A stretch of DNA of 63,778 nt, counting the filler, from Octopus bimaculoides (Eukaryota): NCBI RefSeq assembly GCF_001194135.2. It is 5 parts of 5 records of this genome, joined end to end, with 100 filler letters (N's around TTAATTAATTAA, not from the genome) between each part and the next. Parts side by side here need not be neighbours in the genome. Positions count along the whole stretch, not along the records: positions 1 to 30,531 come from NC_069003.1; 4 more parts are not named here. One strand, given 5' to 3'. The notes beneath the pieces were generated by a model. That model had not been told where the DNA came from. It ran no database searches and saw only the letters and a list, made by a program, of their open reading frames with translations. The translations under genes were made by a program, and so were the position numbers. Positions 12,476-24,952 of the stretch are shown piece after piece (positions within the stretch are counted from its first letter, which is position 1; each line of letters starts with the position of its first letter).

Positions 12476-13343
12476 ATATGTTTGTGTGTCTGTGTTTGTC
12501 CCCCCCAACATCACTTGACAACTGATGGTGGTGTGTTTACATCCCTGTAACTTAGCAGTTCGGCAAAAGAGACCGATAGAATAAGTACTAGGCTTACAAA
12601 GAATAAGTCCTGGGGTCAATTTGCTCGACTAAAGGCAGTGCTCCAGCATGGCTGCAGTCAAAGGACTGAAACAAGTAAAAGAGTAAAAGAGAGAGTAAAG
12701 CGTGGGATTGAACCCAGAACCATGTGGTTGGGAAGCAAACTTCTTAACTCACATGCGTACACATGCTGGAATCTCCTGTCGAAGATGACATATGAGTATT
12801 CAGTTTTTGCTGAATGACCTGCACAAATTATTTGTTCATAGTGATCAAACTTTTGAGCTAATCATTAGCTTACTCCCTCCATCAAATTGACATTACCTGA
12901 ACAGGTGCACTGCATAACACATGCTAGATGTCAAAGTGATCACAGAGCAACATGAAATGAAGTGTTTTGCTTAAGAGCACAACGCATTATCCAGCCTAGG
13001 AATTGAAACCATGATCTCACAATTATGAACACAACACCCTAACCACTTGGCCATGCACCCTCACATACATATACATAACTACATATATGTATGATTGTAT
13101 GTATGTGCAAAATGGCACCCGTGAAATCGTAGTTGTTGCTGTTGTCAGTGTCATGCTGGTGGCACGTAAAAAGCACCTGTTACAGTCTTGAAGTGGTTGG
13201 CGTTAGGAAGGGCGTTCAGCTGTAGAAACCTTGCCAGATCAGATTGGAACCTGGTGCAACTCTCCAGCCTACCAGTTCCAGTCAAACCATCTAAGCCAAG
13301 CTAGCATGGAAAGTAGACACTAAATAATAATGATGATGATGAT

Positions 13344-14170
13344 ATCATCATCATCATCATCGTTTAACGTCCGCTTTCCATGCTAGCATGAGTTGGACGA
13401 TTTGACTGAGGACTGGTGAAACCAGATGGCTACACCAGGCTCCAATCTGAATTTGGCAGAGTTTCTACAGCTGGATGCCCTTCCTAATGCCAACCACTCA
13501 GAGAGTGTAGTGGGTGCTTTTATGTGCCACCGGCACGAATGCCAGTCAGGAGGTACTGGCAACGGGCATGCTCAAAATGGTGTATTTTACGTGCCACCTG
13601 CACAGGAGCCAGTCCAGCGGTACTGGCAACGATCTCGCTCGAATGTTGGTAACGGTCACGCTCGAATGTTGGTAACGGTCACGCTCAAATGGTGCTATTT
13701 ACGTGCCACCGGCACGAAAGCCAGGCAANNNNNNNNNNNNNNNNNNNNNNNNNNNNNNNNNNNNNNNNNNNNNNNNNNNNNNNNNNNNNNNNNNNNNNGC
13801 TCGAATGTTGGTAACGGTCACGCTCGAATGTTGGTAACGGTCACGCTCGAATGTTGGTAACGGTCACGCTCGAATGTTGGTAACGGTCACGCTCAAATGG
13901 TGCTATTTACGTGCCACCGGCACGAAAGCCAGGCAACTGGTGCTCTAGCAACGATCACACTCGGACAGTGCTCTTAATGAGTTACTGGTACTGGTGCCAT
14001 CTCAATTTCGCTTTCACTTGCCCCAACAGGTCTTCGCAAGCCGAGTTTAGTTTTCAATGAAGACGTTGGCATGGGTGCCAGTCTACAAATTTAGTTCGAT
14101 TTCGATTTCACTTGCTTCAACAGGTTTTCGCAAGCGGAGTTTAGTATCCAAAGAAGGAATGTTACGCATA
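13344..14170 (-). repeat. RTE-tail repeat (most abundant family here), long copy with internal 23-bp tandem units
   Basis: (atc)n-gtttaacgtccgctttccatgctagcatg...; cgctcgaatgttggtaacggtca repeated around the gap. Other copies at about 15376, 16582(+), 18235, 22310(+), 23350, 26625, 28130, 29965, 30405, 34385, 41447, 45785, 46135, 46490(+). Confidence 0.85.
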
Positions 14171-14656
14171 AGTGGGCTGGTTAGATTCCTGGGAATAAAT
14201 AAACCTTATTTGGAAAATTTAAAGGGTTAGCAACAAGAAGAGTATCAGGTCCCACAGAACACTGCCTCTATATTCAGAAGCAGTGGCATCACCACAACCA
14301 CTGCTGCTACTACTACAACAACTTTTTTGTCCTAGACTTTATCTCACTTCAATGTAATGTCTACACATTCATACACATAGATGCAACCAACACGTTCCTC
14401 TGATTGAAACGTCATACTACCATTTAGTATTCAAGACCTACCCATCATCAACCAGGGCCCTAGGTCTCTAAGGCCCTGTTCCATATCTTGTTAGGTGAAA
14501 AATCTCGTGATAGGATGGATGGTATGGGAGGGTAGAGGATCAGAAATCAGGACACAAAAGGCTGGCCCAGACAATAATTATGTCTCTTAAGGCCATCCAT
14601 ACTTATTACTAACGAGATGACACTCATTACTAGAACTCTGACAGCTAATATTGATT

Positions 14657-16167
14657 GACCCTTTAACATTCAGATTACTCCATCAAATGTAATGCTTATT
14701 TATTCATATAGTTTTCAATTAATCATGCATTATCTCATAGCTTCAAAATTCTTGATGATGTGATTGTTTATTTTTAGAATGACTTTGTAAGGTAGGTCAA
14801 AGAGGCTGGATCTGGTCAGCTTGAATACAAAATAAATAGAATATTTGTGCCAGATATGGCCAGATTAAATGCTAAATGACCAAGGAGGTGTTGCAGTATA
14901 TTAGCAGCGAATAGAATCTTTCCCTATAACAAGACCAAAAAACTTGCAGAGATAAGGAGATCCTTCTACAGTTGTCAAGAAAACTTCTTTAATCCTTTAG
15001 CATTCAGACTACTCTCTCAAATGTAATGTTTATTTATTCAATGAAAAAATTCGGTGAAATCTGTGAAGGTAGAGTCAGGAGATCAAGTGGTAATCTGGGT
15101 GGAATGCTGGTATATGGATGAGGAGAAGTGCTGAAAGTTCGAGAAGAGGTTCAGATATGCAAGTCCAAAGAGTAGGCAGTTCAGTCAGGATCAAACTATT
15201 TATTTGTTCACATTGTTTTAAATTAACAAGATCTTGATGTTGTGATAGTTTATTTTTCAGAATGACTTTGTAGGGTAGGTGTGAGAGGCTGGATCTGACC
15301 AGTGTTAACATAAAACAGCTAGAATATTTGAGCTGGATATGGCCAGTTAAAATGCTAAAGGGTTGTAGAGACATCATCATCATCGTTTAACGTCTGCTTT
15401 CCATGCTAGCATGAGTTGGATGATTTGACTGAGGACTGGTGAACCAGATGACTACACCAGGCTCCAATCTGATTTCTCATGGTTTCTACAGCTGGATGCC
15501 CTTCCTAACGCCAACCACTCCGAGAGTGTAGTGGGTGCCTTTATGTGCCATGGGCACCAAGGCCAGTCAGGAGGTACAGGCAACGGCCACGCTCAAAATG
15601 GTGTATTTTACGTGCCACCTGCACAGGAGCCAGTCCAGCGGCACTGGCAAAGACTTCACTCGAATGACTTTTCACATGCCAGGGAGGCAACGCTGGTAAC
15701 GATTATGGTCCAATGGTGCTATTTACATGCCACCGGCATGGAAGCCAGACAGCTGGTGCTCCGGCAACGATCACGCTCGGACGGTGCTCTTAGTGCTCCA
15801 CTGGTACAGGTGCACTCTCGGATTCAGCCTCTCACATGACGTTGCAATATATTAGTCATAAAGAATTTTTCTCTATAACAAGGAAACCAAAAGACTTGTA
15901 GAAATAAGAAAATCCATCCACAGTCATCAAGAAAGCTTCTTTAACCCTTTAGCACTCGGATTACTCTGTCAAATGAAATTTCTTATTTATTCAAAATGTT
16001 CAGAATTAATCATGCATAATCTTGTAGCTTTGAGATTTTGATGATGTGACTGTTTATTTTTAAAACATTATAGGGTAGGTGTGAGAGGCCAGATCTGGCC
16101 TGTTTGAACATAAAATAGATAGAATATTTGGGTCAGGTGTGGGCTGTGTTTAAATTCTAAAGAGTGA
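14657..16167. mobile_element. Three further copies of the piggyBac-like MITE (~14657-14880, 14992-15365, 15941-16167)
   Basis: Shared ttaaccctttagcattcagattactc...aatgctaaagggtt ends and the same internal sequence as 19619-19838. Confidence 0.8.
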
Positions 16168-17052
16168 ATAATACTGATTGGTAAGACAAATTGCTAAACA
16201 ATCTTGTTTGATTAAGCAATAATGGTGACTGTTAAAACTAACTGCTGTACTAATAATCCCAACTGATGACTAATCACTGAAGTAATAATCCTGATTGATT
16301 AAGCAATAACATCACTACGACTAATTACTGATATAATAATCCTAATTGATTAATAACAGTGGTTTCGAATTTTGGCACAAGGCCAACAGTTTTGGGGAAG
16401 GGTAAGTTGATTACATTGACCCCTGAGTTCAACTGGTATTTATTTCACTGACCCCAAAAGGATGAAAGGTAAAGTTGACCCCAGCAGAATTTGAACTCAG
16501 AACATAAAGACAGACGAAATGCCACTAAGCATTTTGGCCAGCATTATTCTGCCAGCTCACTGCCTTAAACTGATTAATAGTGGCCGTTGCCAGTACCGCC
16601 TGACTGGCTCCTGTAGGATTTTCGAGCGAGATCGTTGCCAGTGCCCCTGGACTGGCTTGTGCGGGTGGCACATAAAAGACACCATTTCGAGCGTGGCCGT
16701 TTTCGTGCGGGTGACACGTAAAAGCACCCACTACACTCTCTGAGTGGTTGGCGTTAGGAAGGGCATCCAGCTGTAGAAACTCTGCCAAATCAGACTGGAG
16801 CCTGGTGTTGCCATCCGGTTTCACCAGTCCTCAGTCAAATCGTCCAACCCATGCTAGCATGGAAAGCGGACGTTAAACGATGATGATGATGATGATGATG
16901 ATGATTGTTAAGACTACTAATCAATGAAGTAATAATCTTGATTGATTACACGATACTACTGATTGCTAAGACTAATTAAAGAAGTAATAATATTAATTCT
17001 TAAGACAGATTGTTGAAACAACACCATTTATTGCTGTAGTAGGTATCCATTG

Positions 17053-17387
17053 AAGGCACATGACTCAGTGGTTAGAGCGTCGAGCTTACGATCGTGAGGT
17101 TGTGAGTTCGAATCTCGGACCGGGCTGCATGTTGTGTTCTTGAGCAAGACACTTTATTTCACGTTGCTCCAGTTCACTCAGCTGTAGAAATGAGTTGCGA
17201 CGTCACAGGTGCCAAGCTGTATCGGCCCCTTTGCCTTTCCCTTGGATAACACTGGTGGCGTGGTGAGGGGAGACCGGTATGCATGGGTGACTGCTGGTCT
17301 TCCATAAACAACCTGGCCCAGACTTGTGCCTTGGAGGGTAACTTTCTAGGTGCAATCCCATGGTCAGTCATGACTGAAGGGGGTCTC
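17053..17387 (+). repeat. tRNA-derived SINE family E (degraded copies near 2430, 20860, 38500)
   Basis: ggcacatgactcagtggttagagcgtc...gagttcgaatctcgg head, then tgtgttcttgagcaagacacttt core. Confidence 0.8.
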
Positions 17388-19192
17388 AGCAGGCATCCGT
17401 TGGTCCCAATAGACAATGGATCTGCATCCAAAGAAATTGTGTCAGCTGCTGATGATGGTGCAGCACCTGTTGTGACAGTAGAGGCTCACACAGGAGTGGT
17501 AGTCACGCATATAGTGACTGCATTTGAAGGAGCTCTGTACCGGTGCTACTGGTTTTTACTTTCAATGGGTATACTGGGCTTCAGATATTTGTACCCCAGT
17601 GTCACTTTGATGGCATGTATTGCTCTCTCACTCAGTAATAATAATAATAATAATAATAATAATATTTTCTACTATAGGCACAAGGCCAGAAATTTGGGGG
17701 AGAAGGGGTAAATCAATTACATCGACTCCAGTACTTGACAGGTACTTAATTCATCGACCCCCACCCCCACCCAAGCATGAAAGACAAAGTCGACCTCGGC
17801 AGAATTTGAACTCAGAATGTAAAGATGGATGATATTCTACTAAGCATTTTGTCCAGTGTGTTAATGATTCTGCCAGATTGCCACCTTAAATAATAATAAT
17901 AATTTTTTCTAATTTTGGCATAAGTCTAGCATTTTTTTTTTTTAAGGAACTGGAGTATCCCCTGTATTTGACTGATACTTATTTTGTCGAGCCCAAAAGA
18001 TGAAAGGTGAAGTTGACCTCAAAGGAATTTGAACTCAGAAGATAAAGCCGAAAAAAATGCTGCTAAGCATTATGTCTTACATGCCAATGGTTCTGCAAGT
18101 TTACCATCTTAAGGTTTCAAATTTCGGCACAAGGCCAGCAACTTTTTAGGGGAAGGGTAAAGTTGATTACAGTAACCCCAGTGCTTAGCAGGTAATTATC
18201 TTATCAACCCTAAAAGATGAAAGCCAAAGTCAACATCATCATCGTTTAACGTCCGCTTTCCATGCTAGCATGAGTTGGACGATTTGACTGAGGACTGGTG
18301 AACCAGATGGCTACACCAGGCTCCAATCTGATTTGGCAGAGTTTCTACAGCTGGATGCCCTTCCTAATGCCAACCACTCCGAGAGTGTAGTGAGTGCTTT
18401 TACGTGCCACTGGCATGAAGGCCAGTCAGGCGGTACTGGCAATGGCCACGCTCAAAATGGTGTATTTTACCTGCCACTTGCACAGGAGCCAGTCCAGCGG
18501 TACTGGCAACAAACTCGCTCGAATGCCTTTTCATGTGCCAGGAAGGCGATGTTGGTAACGATCACGCTCAAATGGTGCTATTTACATGCCACTGGCACAG
18601 AAGCCAGACAGCTGGTGCTCTGGCAACGATCACGCTCGGATGGTGCTCTTAGTGATCTACTGGTACAGGTGCCATCACAATTTCGCATTCTTGGCAGAAT
18701 TTGAACTCGGAATGTGAAGATGGAAGACATGCTACAAAGCATTTTGTCTGACATGATAATGATTCTGCCAGCTTGCCACTTTGACAACAATGATGATGAT
18801 GATGATGATTATAATCCTTTCTACTACAAGCACAAAATTCGAAAATTGCAGAGGAGGAGGCAGGGGTGCAGTTGATGTAATCATCGACTGCAGTGTTTAA
18901 CTGCTACTTATTTTAATGACCCCAAAAGGATGAAAAGCAAAGGTGAACTCAGCAGAATTTGAACTCACAAAGTAAAACCAGAAGAAATGCTGCAAACCAC
19001 TCTGTCCAGTGTGCTAACGATTCTGCCATCTCATTGCCTTTTTGATGATAATAATAACTGTAATTAATGATATGAATCTTCTAAAACCAACCTGAACTGT
19101 CGAAACACTTATCCACATTACTAATACACACACATACACATACATGTAAATAAGCATATAGGCATGGCTGTGTGGTAAGAAGCTTCCTTCCT

Positions 19193-19862
19193 TTTGGATT
19201 GTCTATTGGCCCGTCGAAGATACGACTCGGTCCTTATAGACAATCCATATTGGCCTCCGCAGGTGTATGCAGAGGTCATCAGTGAAAATGAAAAACGGAT
19301 AGTGGAAGAAAGCTGTGACAAGGACAAGTTTGCCTCCACTGATCCGGGCCAGCCAGTGCAGGTTTTCCTGCAGGCAGCAGGATACTTGCTTGGTGGCCCG
19401 GATGAAGAAGATTAATTGAACATGTATTTTTATTGATTGTATTTATTGAACTTATTGAACAAAGTTTTCGAGGGGTTATCGGTCGGCGGGCGCCGGTGCC
19501 CTTCCCATTGATATTTCATCATTTATGTTATTACCTTCATTCCATTAATGTCTGTGTCCAGCCCGCAGCTACTTTATGTCCGTCTGTCCTTGTTTGTCCC
19601 CTCTTTGTAAGGCCTTAACCCTTTAGTGTTCAGATTACTCTGTTAAATGTAATACTTTTTCACTCAAATTGCTTTGAATTAATAATACATTATCTTATAG
19701 CTTTGAGGTTTCAATGATGTGATTGTTTATTTTTAGAATGACAATGTGGGTCAGGTGTGAGAGGCTAGATATTGCCAATTTGAATATAAAACATGTAGAA
19801 TACCTGGGCCAGTAATGGCCGGTTTAAACACTAAAGGGTTAATGGCCAATAAAAATGAAATA
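19193..19862 (+). mobile_element. 5'-truncated non-LTR retroposon inserted in a SINE, with 15-16 bp TSD
   Basis: aagaagcttccttcc at 19177-19191 and 19863-19877; ORF fragment ending at 19415; tail with AATAAA similar to that at 45261-45325. Confidence 0.8.
19619..19838. mobile_element. piggyBac-like MITE
   Basis: TTAA on both sides; perfect 12-bp TIR ccctttagtgtt / aacactaaaggg. Confidence 0.9.
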
Positions 19863-20234
19863 AAGAAGCTTCCTTCCTAACCACATAATTCTGGGTTCAG
19901 TTCCACTGCGTGGCATCTTGGGCAAGTGTCTTCTACTATAGCCTCAGGCTGACCAAAGTCTTGTCAGTGGATTCGGTAGACAAAAATGGAAAGAAGTCCA
20001 TCATATGTGTCTGTGTCTTTGTGATCTTCACCACTGCTTGACAAGCAGTGTTGGTGTGTTTACATCCTCATAACTTAACAGTCCAACAAAAGAGACTGAT
20101 AGAATAAGTACCACACTTTCAAAAAATTAGTACTGAGGCCGATACATTCGGCTAATAATTCTTTAAAGTGGTGCTCCAGCATGACCGCTGTCAAATGACT
20201 GGAATAGGTAAAAGATAAAAAAGATGTATCTGTC

Positions 20235-20274
<40 letters not shown>

Positions 20275-20299
20275 CGTAAGTATAACGTGCACCAGTGCT

Positions 20300-20760
20300 T
20301 TGCCAGCATCCTTACACATGCAACAACAAAAGCAACAGCTATGCAGCAACAACAGCATTGCGCAGCTGGTCATGTGTCAATTGCGTAAACAACAGATGCA
20401 ACTGTTTAACTGGCTCAACAAGAACAACAACTGAACTAAATGCACCTGACTTGCGGTTGTTACATGACTAAGTGGTGTTCTACAGTCGAACAGTTGCAGG
20501 TGCTCAGTAAAGCTAGGAGCGGGGGGTAGTAGTGGTGGGAGGACAGCTGCCAGTCTAAATACCCTCCCCCACCACCACCACCTCAGGTTGGGCTGTACCC
20601 TTAAATTTATTCAAGAGTGACCCCCTGCATTTTCTTCTCTTTTTTTTTAGCTGACAGGAAAAAAAGGTGAGGAGGGAAATGGAGCTTGTTTAATGTAAGC
20701 AGCCCATCACTAATGACCTAGTCTAGGTCATTGCCATGGAGACAATATGGTGGAGAAGGA
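20300..20760. promoter_or_regulatory. Candidate intronic enhancer (11 E-boxes, nuclear-receptor palindrome, X-box-like site)
   Basis: Motif counts read directly from the sequence; function inferred. Confidence 0.4.
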
Positions 20761-21715
20761 TACAGGAAGACCCAGTCTCTCTTTCTCATTCACACACGCG
20801 CGCGCGCATGCGTGTGCACAACTTCAATGGTTTCATGCTTTCTCTCTAAAGGCATGTAGTCCAGCGGTTAGAGTGCTGCACTCATGATCATAAGACCACG
20901 ATTTCAATTCCTGAACTGGGCAGAGTGTTGTGTTCTTAAGCAAAAGCACTTCATGTCATCTTGTTCCTCTCCCACTCAGCTGTTAAAGAATTCCAATAAT
21001 ATCTGGAAAGTTAACCCTGCAAGGGATCAGCATCCTGTTTGGGGTCAGGGAGCATATAATAATACCAGTCACTTAAATGCTATGGAAACTGAATTAAGCC
21101 CCAGCTTTATGAATCCTGGGTCCCATAACAGATCTAAACTCCAAAGCCTAACTGCTGATGATTGGTGGAGAACAACAAAACACCAAAAACCCTATTGATG
21201 CTAAAACAACAGCTAAATCTTTCTCAATTCATCTCTCGTTTGTTTTAAATAAAGACCGATACATTGAACGACGGAGTGACTCATATAACTTGTTGCTGCA
21301 CTAATATTTGTCAGTATTAATGATTCATCATCATCATCATCACCACTGCCATCATCAAGATAGAGGAAGCCTCATTGTAACCACCTGACCTGCTAGAAAT
21401 AGCAGCAAAAGCTACCTCAAACCGCATGGTAATCTCCTATACGAGAATAAGGCCCATTAGGTCAGTGGATCTTTTATCTTTTTTACTCGTTTCAGTCATT
21501 TGACTGTGGCCATGCAGGGGCATTGTCCTAAAGTTGTTTTAGTCCAACAAATCAAGCCCAGGATTTATTGTTTTGTAAAACCAGGTACTTATCCTATTGG
21601 TCTCTTTGGTTGAACCGCTAAGTTACGGAAATGTAAACACACCATCACTGGTTGTCAAGCAGTGGTGGGAGACAAATACAGGCCCAAAGACACACACAGA
21701 TATATACATTCATAC

Positions 21716-21750
<35 letters not shown>

Positions 21751-23247
21751 TGACAAACTTCTTTCAGTTTCCGTCTACCAAATCCTCTCACAAGGCTTTG
21801 GTTGGCCCAAGAATATAGTAGAAGACACTTGCCCAAGGTGCCACACAGTGGGACTGAAACCAGAACAATGTGGTTGGGAAGCAAGTGTCTAACCACACAG
21901 CCACACCATGTATTCCCTCTTCCCCTTATCTGTTTCATCTCCTAATTAAATTACATAATTAACTGAATAGTTATCTTATGTTAATTAAGTAATTATATAT
22001 TTTACAGATCAGCCTTTCAAGGTTTTGAACACACTTCGCAGATTTCTTCACTGTTAGCTTTGTGGAAACCCCAAGGTTCTGTAGACAGACACTAGGGGTC
22101 GGTGGAACCCCAGAGGTATATGGGCCCCCAGAATAAGAACTACTACATTAGATGTCTGCGACTGTCCCCCACCACCACTTGACAACTGGTGTTACATGTG
22201 TGTGTGTGTGTTACTGTTTTCTTACCCAAATATTATATAATAGCTGTAAACAAGTGTCACCATCATACAGTGTCCATCATATCCAATCTTCCATGAAAAC
22301 ATGTCTGTTCATAAGGCTCCTGTGCAGGTGGCACGTAAAAAACACCATTTTGAGCGTGGCCGTTGCCAGAACCGCCTGACTGGCCCTCGTGCAGGTGGCA
22401 TGTAAAAACACCCACTACACTCTCGGAGTGGTTGGCATTAGGAAGGGCATCCAGCTGTAGAAACTGCCAGATCAGATTGGAGCCTGGTGCAGCCATCTGG
22501 TTTGCTAGTCCTCAGTCAAATTGTCCAACTGATGCTAGCATGGAAGACGGACGTTAAACGATGATGATGATGATGATGATATATATATATATATATATAT
22601 ATAAGACAAGGTAGAAAATGCTAAAATAATTTTATCATGAAGAACATTTTAGTACCAGTTTCAGTCTTTGCGACTTTTTCAACTGAGAGTAAAGCATGAA
22701 AAACAATTAAATTGTGGAAAAATTTAATGAAATGTTTTTTAAAATATATTTCCATAGTTTTCAAATGCAAGGGACATTTTCCTTTTTTCTGTCTGTCTCT
22801 GTCTTTCTTTTTTACTTTTGTGAGTTCTAGCACCAGTTAGTAGTAGTTTGATAGAAATACTTGTCTTTGATTTATATAAACACACATACATATACACATA
22901 TATATAAACACACAAATATATATAAGAGGAATAAGAGGGATTAAAAATCCACGCAACTATCAATAAAGCACAGTTTTAAATGAATTTGGTAAACTATATC
23001 CAACAATCAAATACTGATAAATGCAGGTAGAGAACACATCCAAGGTAATTCCTCATGTATTTTTGGAAATATTAACTTCAATGATATTTTCTATATCTAA
23101 TATATGTTAATACAATTAAAACAATTGTCGGCTTTATAAGGGGAATTCTACAATAAAGATGTAATTTATTTTCTGTATGTGTTTTTGTTGCAAACAGGAA
23201 AAATAGAACTGAAAATATGAGTATATGTATATTTTTATTAATATTTA

Positions 23248-23344
23248 GCAGAAGTAACAGAGTGACTCAAGGTCCAAAAGTCTCATGTGTTGGTGCTCAT
23301 CAAACTACTTACTCTCAGACCTTGCATAACTCTGTTACTTCTGC
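23248..23344. mobile_element. Tiny (~97 bp) TA-flanked MITE
   Basis: Perfect 18-bp inverted repeat tagcagaagtaacagagt (23246-23263) / actctgttacttctgcta (23329-23346). Confidence 0.65.
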
Positions 23345-23517
23345 TACATCATCATCATCATCATCGTTTAACGTCCGCCTTCCATGCTAGCATGGGTTGG
23401 ACGATTTGACTGAGGACTGGTGAAACCGGATGGCAACACCAGGCTCCAATCTAATTATATATATAATTCTATCTATCTATACACACATATACATATCTAC
23501 ACATGTATATATCTATA

Positions 23518-23562
<45 letters not shown>

Positions 23563-23717
23563 GTGTGTGGCCTGTGTGTTTTCTGTACTCTGTTTATCAT
23601 TTTGTCCTTTTTTTTTTTGCAACGTCCTGTACCCAGATATGTATCTATATATACATGTAGATGAAGGTATGTACATACATGTACATATATATGCATATAC
23701 TCATTATTTGTATACAC

Positions 23718-23750
<33 letters not shown>

Positions 23751-23912
23751 TATATACACATATATATATATATATATCTACACACACACACACACACATT
23801 ATATATATATTTATTAATTTTTGTTTTAATATTCAGCTATAATAAAGATAATTTTACATTAATATGATGGGTTACACTTTTTTTAGAGTACAAATTTACT
23901 ATTCTCAAACAA

Positions 23913-23950
<38 letters not shown>

Positions 23951-24139
23951 TTACATGTTGCAATCATTTTGACTGCAGCCATGCCTCAAAGGGTTTTAGT
24001 CGAAGAAATCGACCCAAGGACTTATTCTTTATAAGCCTAGTACTTATTCTATCGGTCTCTTATGCCGAACCACTAAGTTACAGGGACATAAACACACCAA
24101 CATCAGTTGCCAAGCGCTGATGGGAGGACAAACACAAAG

Positions 24140-24194
<55 letters not shown>

Positions 24195-24579
24195 NNNNNN
24201 NNNNNNNNNNNNNNNNNNNNNNNNNNNNNNNNNNNNNNNNNNNNNNNNNNNNNNNNNNNNNNNNNNNNNNNNNNNNNNNNNNNNNNNNNNNNNNNNNNNN
24301 NNNNNNNNNNNNNNNNNNNNNNNNNNNNNNNNNNNNNNNNNNNNNNNNNNNNNNNNNNNNNNNNNNNNNNNNNNNNNNNNNNNNNNNNNNNNNNNNNNNN
24401 NNNNNNNNNNNNNNNNNNNNNNNNNNNNNNNNNNNNNNNNNNNNNNNNNNNNNNNNNNNNNNNNNNNNNNNNNNNNNNNNTATACGCACACACACAGTGA
24501 TAAGTTTGTACATGTTATTCTGTATGTGTCTATAAAGTATTTGTGTGCATATGTATGTACAGTGTATATCTATATGTTT

Positions 24580-24628
<49 letters not shown>

Positions 24629-24867
24629 GTGTGTGTGTGTGTGAACGCATATCTATATATATAGTTTGTGCAGTGGCATGTTTGTATCTATATTTAGATA
24701 CAGGAGTGAATGTTGTTTTGTGCCCTGTATGCCCACTGACAGTGAACTTTCCTCCATTGTTCTGTAAGTGCTGTACACTGCTTCATACCCACAAACACTC
24801 CTCCCTGCCAGCTCCCATCACCTGCCCCACCCATCTGGCCATCCCTTATGTTCCAAGGTTTACTGAC

Positions 24868-24952
24868 CTGCTGTAGGCACTCCTCTTCAATTCCTGGACA
24901 ACCTGAGTCAGCTGTGAGTGGGTACGTGATGCATAGATGATCTTGGGTGCAA
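24868..24952 (-). CDS. RTEL1: RTEL1 exon (helicase motif Ia)
   Basis: ttccag|(V)[27 protein letters not shown](S)|gtcagt; compare human [20 protein letters not shown]; phase 1 to 2 matches neighbours. Confidence 0.96.
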
